Under the pieces are notes generated by a model that was given only the letters and a program-made list of their open reading frames with translations, had not been told where the DNA came from and made no database searches. The position numbers and the translations under genes were made by a program. A DNA stretch of 64,000 nucleotides from Microbotryum violaceum (Eukaryota): the NCBI GenBank assembly GCA_001244265.2, contig CDLV01000007.1, positions 248,001 to 312,000 on the forward strand. The letters are read 5' to 3'. The number at the start of each line of letters is the position of its first letter. Position 1 is the stretch's first letter. Below, in pieces: positions 40,290 to 52,569 of the stretch.

Positions 40290-41635
40290 ATGCGAACGAG
40301 AATCGTCTTCGGTTTGGTCGCGACGGCGCTCGCGTCCCCTGTCTTCGCGGCAGGCACGAACGATCACATGGTTCGACGCACGAAGCGCGCTATCACGCCC
40401 ACCGCCAAAGATATCGAGATTCTCAAATTTGGTGAGTCACCCCCGGGCCCTTCTCACTATGATAGATGCATCTGAATTAACTCCTGCTCTACTTCGCTCC
40501 TTGAATAGGTCTCACCTTCCAGGCAGGTATTTACACAGCGCTTAGCTCCCAATTCTAAAACCGATCATGCTTTCCGTTGACTGATGCTCCTCCGGTCATA
40601 CTTCAACCTACTCGTTTCTTTCGGGGAAAATCCCTTCTCAGCACTTCGAAAAAGCCTTCTAGTATGTTGAGTCGTGTCTCTTGAGATTCAATCCAACAAT
40701 CGTTGGCCTTTGAGAGGTCTTGTACTGACTCGGGGCGTCATCCGACCACCCGCCTCTCCAATCATGTTCACAGCTTTGAGGGTCTTAAAAGGTTCAGCGC
40801 CGAAGACTTTGCCAAAGCCGGCCTCGACCACCGTGATCGTCAACGATTCGAATGAATAGCAAAAGAAGAAAGCATCCACTCTGGCGCCTTCGAAGGTGCA
40901 CTCGGCGCTAATGCAGTCTCGCCTTGCAAATACACTTTCTCCTCCTCGATCAGGATGTCCACCGCAGCTTGGCTCGCTCGCAGCGCAGAATTCATCGAGG
41001 GGATCGGCGTCGGCGCGTACTAGACTGCCATTCGGGAGCTTTCCAACGAGCGTTTGACCTGTGCCTATAGTGCTATTATGGCTGTCGAGGCTCGCCATGC
41101 GGCCTATCACGCCGAGTTGCAGGGTCAAAGTGGCTTCCCCGTGCCCTTTGAAACCGCGTTGACCTATTCCCAGGCTTATACGTGAGTCTCTTATGTAAAT
41201 TCAAAGGCTAACTTGTGCTCATCCGATATGGCTTTACCCCCTCTCTCTTGACCGCACAGCGCGATGGCTGACTTCATCGTCCCCGGTTCCTGTGGTCCCA
41301 AGAAACCCCTCCCATCTCTCCAGATCTTCCCCGCCTTATACACCAGCACAGACTCGCAAACCAAATCCACCATGGGTCTGAACTTCACCGTCTCCGCTGT
41401 CCCCGTTAAGAAGTACTACGCCGCTTTCCTCAACGCGGGGACGACATTTTACGAACCGATGAAGAAGGTGACGACCTACGAACCGATGAAGGGGGGTCCG
41501 CCATCGGGTTACTATCGCGTCAACGTGCCGAAGAATTATAAAGGGGTTGTTTACATCATGGTCACGACTTCGTCAAATGATCTCAAAGACTCGAATACCG
41601 TTGCGGGTCCTCTTGTCGCAATCGAGACGGATTGA
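40290..41635 (+). pseudogene. Secreted ferritin-like (Rds1-type) protein gene with two in-frame stops
   Basis: Signal peptide MRTRIVFGLVATALASPVFA; DIEILKFG/LTFQ/HFEKAFY/FEGLKRFSAEDFAKAG...RFE*IAKEESIH...PCKYTF...IEGIGVGAY*...MAVEARHAAY...GFPVPFETAL; ends ...TVAGPLVAIETD. Stops: TGA 40853-40855, TAG 41021-41023. Confidence 0.85.
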
Positions 41636-41844
41636 GAGTGATGGCCGGCTGGTTAAGAGGATATATAGTGGGGAAGCAGGGGCTGGAAACATTATTTTTC
41701 TGCTCGAGTCGAGCAACAGTGATCGTAGGCGGCAGTTCATATACCATATTCGTTCTTCATTATTATTTGATATAGCGCAACAGTCGATTTTCGGGTCATC
41801 ACTTTATAGCCAGACCCGTCCCTTGATGATCCCGGCACGCTTTC

Positions 41845-42460
41845 CACCCTACGGGAAATCCGGTGCGACGGCAGTTAGCCGCGGTGAACCGCGCGACGGT
41901 GCTGTTCGTCGAGTCCCGCTATCCTGCTTTCGCGAACAACCTCACTGGTGTCAGCGGGTTCCCGATCGCTTAAACCGCTTCGAAATAACACTTTCAAATA
42001 TACTCGGAAGTACCCCCGGGGCTCGATTCTTCAATGATCTGAGTAGGTAGAAGTCTCCGGCAAACCTGGCCAGAGCCGCGGGATCCGCTTCTATGGTTTC
42101 AACAGAGTGTTCAACAAGTCAATCAAAGCTGGCTCGTGCGACAGCAAGAAACTGATACCTCCTAGACCAGAAAGTTACAGACATTTACTCGATTGGAGGG
42201 ACCCAAACCGAGGATCACAACGGCGTGCTGCTCGACGTGCAGATCGCGAACAAGTCTCCTATCACGCAGCGTTCCTCAACGGTGACAAGACGTACCACCG
42301 ACCCAACATGAGCGATGGATGAACATAATGTCGATATTCATCTCCATTCGAAGGAAAAAGTCATCGCCTGCATCTTTGCCGCGACCTCACCAAACAACAT
42401 GAAGAACTCGACAACTTTTGCTGGCCCTCTCCTAATCACACTAAAGCGCTTCGCAAAGAT
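41845..42460 (+). pseudogene. Heavily decayed tandem relic of the same ferritin-like/Rds1 gene (C-terminal half)
   Basis: Fragments in shifting frames: LFVESRYPAFANNLTGVSGFP (cf. MAVEARHAAYHAELQGQSGFP), AGSCDSKK (cf. PGSCGPKK), YHAAFLNGDKTY (cf. YYAAFLNAGTTF), ATSPNNMKNSTTFAGPLLI (cf. TTSSNDLKDSNTVAGPLVA). Confidence 0.75.
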
Positions 42461-43784
42461 CATGTCACCGCGTCGAGCTTGCATTTTGCCTGGATGGACG
42501 ATTTAATAACCCCTGTTATGTTTCGTGGAATGTGACGTCGGTACAGTCTGTCTGCTTTCAGCTTCTTTTCGGTGTCGCATGCCTCCTCGGACCGAGGTTA
42601 CTAGGCGCACCGACTCGACCGGCCCTTGGCACGAGGCTGTGCATTGAGCACATGGAGAGGTCCACGGTGTTCATGATGGGCCCAAGAACTGTCTCAAAAA
42701 GCGGCATTAAGTTCACCCATCCCATGACCCCGAATAAGGAGACTGGAAGAAAGGGAGACGGCTCAGCCGCCGCGCTAGCCCCTGAAACCACGAGAGGGGT
42801 GGAAAAGAGGCTCCGCGCGGTTGGCCAGCTACCAGGATCGAGAACTAAATGCCGAGGTCTTTGTCGGTGTTTTATGCCAAGCATGCCCTGGCTTGTTCGT
42901 AGTTTTTCTATCTTCGCAAAGGTCGTGAACAGGGAGGCGTGCAGTTGTTCTCCTACCCTTCTGCTCCTGCTCCGAGCAGCCCATTACTTTCGATATTGTG
43001 CACTCCCTCATCCGACCAAATCGATACCGCCGATTGCACCAACCTTAAAAAGTGCGGACGCACTACTGCTGGTCCCTAGTTAGTAGTCCAGGTCCTCGGA
43101 GCTTTGGACTTTTAGCTCGACGCTGGCCGAGACACGCTACGTCACCACTCGAGGCTTGGATGTGCCTGGATTAGCGCTTGAAGCTGACAGCGCTGACAGG
43201 CAAGCTTGGGGCTCGCGCGTGTCTCGCGAAGCCTCTTGAGTCGGTTGCTCCCAAACCGTGTCAAATTACGACGACTGGCATATCGGCGGGTGTGTGTGTG
43301 TGATCGGGCGCTTCAGCAGGCGAAGCGGAGTGATACCCGATGGTTTCGCCTGCGACTGCCAGCGGGGCGAACTCGGGACGCCATCCGAGCACCAGCACGA
43401 GCTCGTCGCCGTCGATGGCGGCCGCGTATGGCTTTGACCCGGCGCCGGCCCCACCGTTAGGGATCCTTATGCGTTGTGTCTCTGTCAGTCCCGCCAATTG
43501 CTGTCCTCTCCTCGGTGCTCGCAAAACTAGTCGTCATCCTGTCACACCGTACTGAAGCTTTGTTGGTTTGTTGAAGTAGGGTACTTCTGCAGCGCATGCT
43601 TCTCCATTGCCTCCGTCGCCCTCCAGTCCGTACTCGGTGTTTCTCAAGCCCGGTAGGTCTGGGTCTGTGCTTGTGCGCCATTCGCGCAGGCAGGCTGGTT
43701 GTGGTGTTCTTCCCAGAGTTACAGTACCTCCAGCCCGTTTCGAAGCGAAAGCTGACCCTCTGATGTGCCTCTTTTTCAGGGCAC

Positions 43785-46628
43785 ATGTCACACTCGTCCA
43801 TGCCCGCTCCTCTCAGCTTTTCCCCACTGGCTTCGGCGTTTGGTGGCTCGGAGGGGATCGCTCCGCTCGCCGGCACGCGACCACACCTTTCGCTACCGCC
43901 CCCGCAACTACTCCCGGAACCGGCAGCGTTCTCCACTTCGCATTTGATCGCGTGTGCACCGAACTGTCTTGGCCATGTCTCCTATCCCGCACCAGATAGC
44001 TCCGTTGCCGCCTCCCGAGACACCGCTTTCCTGGCTCCGACTTTGAATCCTAAACCGGCTCGAGACACGATGGCACACCAGCCAGCGTCGTCGTCGCTCT
44101 CATCGAGCATGCCTCCGATTCATGCCTCTCGATCCGGCTTTGACTCTCCAACGTTACCGGTACATCAAGCGTGGAAGACCTTCGACACCGCACTTGGAGC
44201 GATCAGGGGTGCAGCGGGGCGTAACATCGATTTCAGCTCGGCGGCGTACCCGAAATCGACTGAACATTCGAGACGGAACTCGGCGTCCTCGACAACCGGT
44301 GGCGCTCAGGGGTCACCCAGATGCGCGCAAGCGGCCTCAACAACGACGCAGACCTCACTACCGCCAATCGACCCATACAAGTACAAAACTTCGCCTGTGC
44401 TAGGTGCTTTCCCGATGTCAACCGACAGCCTCGCTTATCCCACCGAACGCTCGTATCCGCTTAATCCATGTTCGAGCTCTGAGCTGAACGGCTACCAGCC
44501 CCACCCGATCCCGAACTTCGCTACGGATGTCAGGCAGAGTGAAGTATACAGCGCATCTTCTACCCAAAGAACGCACTCCGACATCCCGCATTCGCTCTCC
44601 CAGGGCTTCGACGCGGCGCTGCCTGGCCATGCGCCAGCTTCGCCCACCCTCTGCCAAAAACGCAAGCGTACCTCCCTGCTCGGCGAAGATGTGGCACGAC
44701 ACCACAGGACGCGGGAGTACCCGGAAGTTCTTCTGCTCGAATCAATGCGATGTTCATCCTCGACGGTAGCGTTGACCCCTCCATCCAGATTTCCTCTGAC
44801 GACGATCACGTGCCTACATGCTTCGGTGGGCCAAAAATCTTATGGCAACGAAAAACGGTTCCTTAACCCGCCCCCCATGGTCCGCGTCACGGGCCCACTG
44901 CACCGCCTCTCAGGCTACCCTCGGCTCGTGGTCGAGGTTGTCAGCGACAACGGGATCTACTGCTCGCGTGAACACAGCGCGATCGAAAGCGAAGATGGCA
45001 CGACGGCCGATCCGGACGCTCGCTACTACCTTCGGTCGTTGCACATTGGGAAGGCGGGCAAGGCCAAGACTTTTCGCCTTGAGCTCTCGCTTCACCCTTG
45101 CGACCGACCGGCACCACCAAAGCCGTTGTCTCAAAACGGGAGTGTGCGCAAGGCTGAACCGATGGAGACGATGGAGACCTTGAACGAGGCGCTAGCGTCC
45201 TTCTCTTCTGCAGAAATGCAGATCATCTCCAAGCCGAGCAAGAAGACGGTGCGTGCGCGCAACACGGGCTCTTGCCTTTTTACCGAGTCGACAGTCGCCC
45301 TTTTCAATCGCATTAATGCGCAGACAGTGCGCACGACCTTTGCTGTCACCGAGGAAGGCCGGTTGAGCTCTCGCGCGTATCAGTGGACAGCTTTCAAGAT
45401 TCATGTCACCAAGCGTGCCGAAGGTGGCAAAGATGCGGATCAGGACGTAGGCGAGACGTTTCTCCGTAACCAAGCTGACGGTGGTCCCGAGGCAGTCACC
45501 TACGGCAGCGAGATTGTGTTGACGGACTTGATGACGGGCGTCACGAGCGAACCCATGATCGTTCGCAAGGTCGAGAAGGGGCACGTCTTCCTTGGGGCTA
45601 GGGGTCCGGTAGCGCAATTGCAGAAGCTGGCGCTTGCTCGCGTCAATGACTGTGGCTATTCGATTTATCTGAGCCCGTCATCGGATGGGATAAACAAAGA
45701 TGGCTTGTCGCAGCATTCGGAGTCGTACACTTACGGGACCGAGCATGATCCGGATGGGTACCCGAGCGACGACGACTCGGCGGGCGCGAAGAAGTTTCTC
45801 TCTTACCAACCTCCCGTCGGCTCGCTACCAGCCGACGATCAGGACAACCTGGGCTACCACATCGTGACAGACTTCATGACCTGGACGGTCGTCGGTATCG
45901 ATTCGTTCTCGTACTCGTACTTTGACACCTCACCCGAGGCGAACAGTCCTCTACGATTGTCGAGTCTGAGACCCATCACGCCTTTCCCGCTCGTTCAATC
46001 CCGACCGGCCTATGATCCGCACACCCACACATGTTCGTTCGCGGTATCCGACTTCTTCAACAACGAAGTGGACCGCTCACCTATGGAGCTTTGGCTCGGG
46101 CCCTTGGGGCCGCTCGCGACCAAAATCATTCAAGCTGGCGAGTTTGCTACTCAGCCTCCGCACCTCGAGCCCGGATTTCCCAACATAGCCACAGGAACCA
46201 AGGCTGAGCGTACCAAAATCCCATCGAATCCACTCATCACTCGCCAAATCAAGTCTTCTTTGATCTCGTTCGAGCTCCCTTCCATTGAGGCGATCCTAAC
46301 GATCTCGGGTTTGCCTTTGGCTGGGTCGCGCGAATCACCTGCTACGGCCGGCACCTCTGGCACCTCTTTACTCGTCCCCATGTCCACTCAGGCAGTTCAT
46401 CGGAACGTGCAGGCTCTGTCCGAACAATTGCGAGCGAGAAGTGTGAGCGAAGCGGCCGAAGTGTCCAATGCTTCGCAGACCGCATCGCTTTCTAGGTCGG
46501 CCATCTCTTTGCCTTTCCTCTTCATCCGGAAAGATGGGATCGGCTATCAATCGGAACGATCCATTGTCCTCGAGCCCAATCCCTACGCCGCGTCACGGGC
46601 CGACGCCTGGTCAATCTCTTTCACGTAA
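43785..46628 (+). CDS. CSL-family transcription factor (LAG1 DNA-binding + beta-trefoil domains), single exon, 947 aa
   Basis: CLHASVGQKSYGNEKRFLNPPP; IISKPSKKT; TVALFNRINAQTVRT; VTYGSEIVLTDLMTGVTSEPMIVRKVE; GPVAQLQKLAL; WTVVGI. Confidence 0.9.
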   Translation: MSHSSMPAPLSFSPLASAFGGSEGIAPLAGTRPHLSLPPPQLLPEPAAFSTSHLIACAPNCLGHVSYPAPDSSVAASRDTAFLAPTLNPKPARDTMAHQPASSSLSSSMPPIHASRSGFDSPTLPVHQAWKTFDTALGAIRGAAGRNIDFSSAAYPKSTEHSRRNSASSTTGGAQGSPRCAQAASTTTQTSLPPIDPYKYKTSPVLGAFPMSTDSLAYPTERSYPLNPCSSSELNGYQPHPIPNFATDVRQSEVYSASSTQRTHSDIPHSLSQGFDAALPGHAPASPTLCQKRKRTSLLGEDVARHHRTREYPEVLLLESMRCSSSTVALTPPSRFPLTTITCLHASVGQKSYGNEKRFLNPPPMVRVTGPLHRLSGYPRLVVEVVSDNGIYCSREHSAIESEDGTTADPDARYYLRSLHIGKAGKAKTFRLELSLHPCDRPAPPKPLSQNGSVRKAEPMETMETLNEALASFSSAEMQIISKPSKKTVRARNTGSCLFTESTVALFNRINAQTVRTTFAVTEEGRLSSRAYQWTAFKIHVTKRAEGGKDADQDVGETFLRNQADGGPEAVTYGSEIVLTDLMTGVTSEPMIVRKVEKGHVFLGARGPVAQLQKLALARVNDCGYSIYLSPSSDGINKDGLSQHSESYTYGTEHDPDGYPSDDDSAGAKKFLSYQPPVGSLPADDQDNLGYHIVTDFMTWTVVGIDSFSYSYFDTSPEANSPLRLSSLRPITPFPLVQSRPAYDPHTHTCSFAVSDFFNNEVDRSPMELWLGPLGPLATKIIQAGEFATQPPHLEPGFPNIATGTKAERTKIPSNPLITRQIKSSLISFELPSIEAILTISGLPLAGSRESPATAGTSGTSLLVPMSTQAVHRNVQALSEQLRARSVSEAAEVSNASQTASLSRSAISLPFLFIRKDGIGYQSERSIVLEPNPYAASRADAWSISFT

Positions 46629-46884
46629 TTTTTTGAGCATTGTTTCGTCCTCGTTCTTCTTCCCGTAATTCTTTTTGCATATCATCCCGTATACAACCCT
46701 GCAGTTTGTTGCTACATAATCGCTTTTTGTACTTGGAAGCACAATAAATTCTTTGATTATTCTTATCCAGTCATTCGAGTTACTGCCTCGGACCCGCAGA
46801 GTGTGACGAAAAGAGCATGCTGTACTTGAATAAACAAACATTCGGGGTCTACCGAGAAGATTGAGAAGGCAAAGGAACTGATTA

Positions 46885-49800
46885 CTACAGGAAAGACGCC
46901 TCTTCCACATCTTCGACGTCCTCGATCTCGTCGATCTCGGATTTGGTAGGTTCAGGATCGGGAGTGACGGACGACGGGGACGTGTCGGCGACGTCCGAGG
47001 GAGTCTCATCATCATCAGTATTTGGGACCGACTCGAGCTCTGTCTTTGTGATCGGTTCAGGCACAGGAAAGGATGCTTCTTGAGCAAGATCCGCAATCGC
47101 TTCATCGATATTCACGGTCGGGTCTGCTACAACTTCCGGCGCGTGGTCTGGGATAAAGTCGGAGATCTCCGGGGGTGTCACCGAATCGACCACCTCTCCT
47201 GTCGGTAGTTGGGGTTCGACACGAGCTTCTTCAGACTCGAACTGCATTGGGGTTACGACCTCGTCGACTGCAGGAGGTGGGGGTGGTGTCGACGCCATGG
47301 TGCTCGAAATCGGGTCGACGATGGTCTCCGGAGCAGGCGCCTCGTCGGCAGCAGGCTCTTGAGCTTCTTCCTTGGGGTCGACTTGCTCCGCCTTGGCTTC
47401 CTCAGGAATGCCTTCCACGATCGGTACTACCTTTATCTCCGCCGTGTCCAGCTTATCCACAATCACCGTCGACTCAGCGTCAGGAGCTGCTGTCCGAACG
47501 ACTTCATTCGCAACGCCGACCACTTCCAGCGGCTGCGCAGCAGCGACAACATCCTCGATCGTCCCATCCTTTTCGAGAGCCTCAGGCACCTGAGCCAATC
47601 CCGGTCCCAGTTTTGGCGACGACTTGACCGAAGGATGCAACAAACTCGAAGCCTTGCTTGCGGCAGAATTACTTCCCCTTCGCGCCATTTCGGCCAAACG
47701 TTCGGCCACGGACTTCCGTTTCGGTGGGTCGGTGCTTAGAGGTACGTCGGTCGGTGGAGCACGATTGAGTATGGGGGAGTTAGTGCGTGAGGAGGTCATA
47801 GGCGGGGAGTCGAAGGGGGGACGGTTGGAGTCGAGGGATTCGCGGGGGGAAGTGAAGGTTGGGGTCAAGGTTACGTTGTCGCTCGGAGCAGGGATGGGAG
47901 TCGAGGGTGCGGTCGTGGTAGGGGCTTCGGAAGTAGGTGCTGTAGCGGGTGTGTCTGGAATCGGCTCGGCTACAGTTGGCTCGGCACTTTCCGTAGATGA
48001 GCGAGTGGGAGGGGCAGGAGGGGCCGAAATGACCGGCTCTTCGACGACAGGAATAGGTGGCGGCGCCAGTGCAGGTGCAGGCGCAGACGCCGGCGCGGGG
48101 GCCGGTTTCGGCTTGGGAGCCACCGGTTTCGGTACATCCTTAGCGGCGACGAGTGTCTCCAACTCTTTCCCTGGTACCAAATCCTCCAAACCCCTCAGCT
48201 CGCCAAATCTCATCCTCAAATGCGCCACATCGCCCAGCATTCTTCGTTTGCCACCCTCGTTCGCCAACTCGATCGCTGCAAACTCCAACTTGAGCCGTTG
48301 TTCCAAAGCCGTAAAGACCTGCCGCATAATGAAGACGACCGTTTCGGTGTGCAGAAAGCGCGACAAGACTTTATGCAAGGTGATATGTTCCTTGACCAAC
48401 GATTCCATGTAAGCGTTCGCACCTTGGTTGCTCGTATCCTCTGTGGCCCAATTGAGCGACTTGAGGGTCTTTGCATGGACTTCGAGACGATCACCCATGA
48501 TGGCCACGAGCTTGGAGTGAATCTCGCTTTGGTGTTCTTGGTAGTCGCGCTTGACTTTGTCGAATTCGACGAGCATGATCGCTTGCTTGGGGTTGAGGTG
48601 GCGGCGTAGGCATTCTCGGATGTAGGGCACGAGCGAGATCATGATTGAGAGCGCCTGCGATGCGAGAGCTGCAAAGGGTCCGACGAGCAATATGAGCATC
48701 CGTCAGCGTCTCAGCACGAATGAGCGCTCAACCTGAACAGCGATCAGACCCACCGAGATGCTTAGCGGTAATGTTCTTCAGACCGGCTGAGCGCATCGCC
48801 CCAGCCCCAAGCACGACTTGACACGTGCGAGAGTTGTAAGACTGCAGAAATGATGGAATGGCGGAAGACGAGTCAGCTTTGTCACTTCCAAAAGTCTTTC
48901 CCCATCATCACTCCTACCTTCAGAAACTCGACGACTTTGCTCATCGCGTCCGTGGTCAACAACGGACGGTTGATGACGACTTTGAGATAGTCGGCCAACA
49001 CGTCGAGGGCCAATACACCGGCCGAGACAGCGAAGTACTTGCGCCCTTCGATGTCGACTTGTTTAGCGGACTTGGCCACGCTTGCTTCGGGTGTGGCATC
49101 GGCGATCAAGGTCGAAGAGGGGGTTCCATCCTTCGACTCTAATTTGGCTTCTACGATTCGTTGACCCAGGAGCAACTCGGGTGGATCATTCGTCGCAGTT
49201 TCGATAACGAGATTGACGATGTGTTGCGTCGAAGCCGGCACGTCAGCCGCAGCCCACTGTTCCTCCTCGACGTATTTAGCCGAATCCGTCAACCGCCTCT
49301 GATGGAACGTCTGCAAGAACGTCTTGGCTTGACCAGCCATCACACCACGCAAGCCGGCGATCATGCGTTGACAGATCGTCTCGCACCGCAGGACAAACGC
49401 CCATGACGTATCAAAGATCTCGACGAATGATTCGAGAGGTAAGTGCGCGTGTTGCTCCGTGCGCACGCCGATGACTTTCGAGAAACGCAAGTTCGCTAAT
49501 TCGGCCACGGCGTGGACGACGTCGGTGATGTCCGAGTAGAGTGCGGCTTCGTCCGACACGCTTGATTGATCGTGGCTTCCCGCGCTGATGCCTTTCGCTG
49601 ATATCGACTCGAGTTCAGCCCCGGGAACGGTCAAAGACGACGTACGTGGCGGATTAGGCGCCGCGTCGCCGTCCAAGCTAGTGCGTCTCGCTCGGCTCGC
49701 TCGCTCATCATCGTAACTGGCCCTTGCCACTTCGTTGAGGACATGGGCATGAACGTCGACGATTTCAAGAGCGCCTAGCATACCGAGGTACGTAGCTCGA

Positions 49801-52040
49801 GCGAGACGCATAAAGTCCTCGTGCGATAGGGCGCGCAATCGTTTGGCCAGGGTCGCGCTCTTGTCCGAGAGCTCCGAAGTGCCGAGTTTGCCAGAGACGC
49901 GTACGGAGGCCAGAGCCAGGGGATCATCTGGCTCTCCCATGGGCGAATCTGTCGCATCTGAGAAGGGCAGATGCTAAACGATTCGTAGTACAGGTCAGGG
50001 CTGTGTTTTACGACGTCGCACATCACTTGTTGAAGCTCACCTCTCTGACCAATCTCCGCACGTCTTTCAGCACATTCTCCCTCCAAGCCGCTACCGCGCC
50101 GTCCATCCCGTCCGCTCGCACAAGCGCAGTCACAATAGGCTGGATCCGATCTCTCGCCCTCTCCCTCGTCTGCTCCTGTCCAACCTCACTCGTCTCATCC
50201 GTCGCATCCGAAAGGGAGACACCGAAAGCGCTCGTGAAAGCAGGCGACAGCGGAGTGACGCTAGAGCCTGACATCGGAGCTGATGCCGTCGTTGTCGTTG
50301 ACGAGGGGTTCGCTCGGATCCATCGCCCAACAGCGACGAGTCGCTGATAATCGACAATCCCGACATCCATCTCGTGGTTCAAGACCGTCACAAGCTCCGT
50401 TTCGAGCGACTTGGCGACCTGCGTTCGCAAGAGACGGAGTTTGCGTGGTAGCCCGTCCAATGCTTTGACGCGCGTGTACCGTAGCCGCGTGGATGCCTCG
50501 TTGCTGTTCAAATGTTTCTGCTTTGCATTGGGAGTCGAGGGTGTCGCAGAGGTGTTATCATTGTTCGCTGTTGTCGAGCTTTTGGAGCGACCATTCTGCT
50601 CCACTCCTCCACCGTTATGGGTCCCGTAGTACTCGGCCTCAATCTGCTCGCTCACTTCGAGCGCACCAATCCACTCTCCATTCTCCACAAGCTCCTTGAC
50701 GGCTTCGACCCCATTCCACATCTCTTCAACGTCTCGTACCCCTCGCTCAATTGCTTCAAGTCCCCTCCGTCGTGCCTGCGCGCGCAATATGCTGAGACCT
50801 CGCTTCGCCGCACCGCCGACACCCGAACGATCGGGTGCGAGAGCGGTCTGTAGTTCAGCGATTTTGGCTAGCGTCATGTCGCCTTGATGATGCAGGGATT
50901 GCAAGTTGGACAGGGCAGAGAAGAAGGAAGAAGAACGTCGACCGATCTCACGCACGAGATGAGATTCGATGACGGCGGTGTAGTGCGAGAGCTTCTCCTG
51001 CAAGACTTGATCGGTCACGAGATCGGCGAAGGTGAGTGGCCCCAACCCATCGTTCGGTTCTGTAGCTAGGCCCGTGGAGGTGAAAGTTCTTCCTGGCGCT
51101 GACCCGGGTCCATCGTCGAGATCCGAGGTCCTCGTTGGTGAACTCGGAGGGGAGGACTTGATGCGCTCGGTGACGAGATCAAAGGTGCGCGGATTGGAGA
51201 GGTTGAAGGCGGGGTCGAAAAAGATCTGCGGCACCTGCTCCAACGGTGGTAAGGGTTCCTCCCTCCCCAACCGGGGCGTGTTGATGACGACGGCGTGCTT
51301 GTGATCGATCGTGACGCCAAAAGTGCCGTCGTCGCGGGTCAGGACGGGCGAGTTGCTCACGTCGGCGGTGCCGTCTCTCCCGAGCCGACTCTCCCGCTGC
51401 CACCTCTCGAACGCGGGTGCGACCTCTTTGAGATAGGCGGCAAACTCGTCGATGTGCACTTGGCGTAGTTCGCCACCACCAATGACGATCGGCGGTGCTT
51501 GGCTACGACGTTGGGCGACCGACTTTGAGGTGGCCGAGGCTTTGGGCAGGGTGCCGGCCGAAGTGAAGGTCGTGCCGAGCGACGAGATGGACGAAGGCAG
51601 GTACGGGTTCTGCGCGAGTGACAAGGCAGGTAGCCGTGTGCCGGAGCTGATGCTCGATCCGAGACTGGCGGCGGTGATTCCGTTTCCGTCATTGATGATG
51701 CTCGAGATGTCTGTGAGCGTTAGAGTTGGGTACCGAGCAGGCAAGCACGTCACGTCATCCCACGCGTCATCCCGGTCACAGCGTCAGCTCTGGCCGCCAC
51801 GGTGACGAGGTCCCCGTTGGCTGACTCACGGTATTGACCGGTCTCGTTGGATCCAATCGGTGGTGGCGGAGGGATCGTCGTCGTGGGCTGCGGCCCTACC
51901 GAGGACGCTGATCCCAAGCCGAGTCCGACCGCAGCAGAGGACGACGAGGCCATCATCATCGAGCGACTGGCGTCGACCGCAGTCGCATCCGAAGAGATCG
52001 ACAGTCGGTTCGCTCGGGTAGCAGAAGACGAAGATGCCAT
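46885..52040 (-). CDS. VPS54: GARP complex subunit Vps54 with long Pro/Glu-rich C-terminal extension
   Basis: PPLEQVPQIFFDPAFNLSNPRTFDLV; LQEKLSHYTAVIESHLVREIGRRSSSFFSAL; YNSRTCQVVLGAGAMRSAGLKNITAKHL; EFDKVKRDYQEHQSEIHSKLVAIM. Confidence 0.93.
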
Positions 52041-52401
52041 GGCCAACAGGAACGAGCTCCTACTTCCTCGTCCGCTCTTCGACTCGTCTGGTTCGACCGG
52101 TCGTGTCGTGTCGCGAGACGGCGAAGGAGCCGCGCCGGCTGATCCACGCGTCGACCCCCACCTCGGATAATAAGGCACGCTTCTGTATTCGATTAAATCA
52201 CCTTTTGCTAGGGAAGCAGCCCAAAGCCAACTTTGTGCCGCAAACAGATTTACTGATTTCATGTTCTATTTCGTACCAACTTCGAGCTGTTCATTGATTA
52301 ACACCTCGAGCCCTTCTCTTTAGGGTCGGCCGCCCCACCGCAACTTGTAATTAACGATGACAAACGATGACCCGACCGACGAGACAAATATTGGCCCTGG
52401 A

Positions 52402-52429
52402 GTAATCGGTAATCGGTAATCGGTAATCG
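52402..52429. repeat. 7-bp tandem repeat (GTAATCG)x4
   Basis: Directly visible between the USP48-like stop codon and the VPS54 start. Confidence 0.9.
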
Positions 52430-52569
52430 TCCACCAAGTAGGGAGGTGGAAAGTGAGAGAACCGTACACGACGTTTGCATATACCAAGCTACAAGCATAC
52501 ACAGTCAACAGTCGAAGGAAGATATATCCACCATTCTAAACCATGTACGTGCAGAAAGCCCCACCGTTA

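Noticed and set aside
40853..41023. Selenocysteine or stop-codon recoding in the ferritin-like gene
   Set aside because: Two different stop codons at non-Cys, non-Trp positions; neighbouring genes use TGA and TAG as normal stops.
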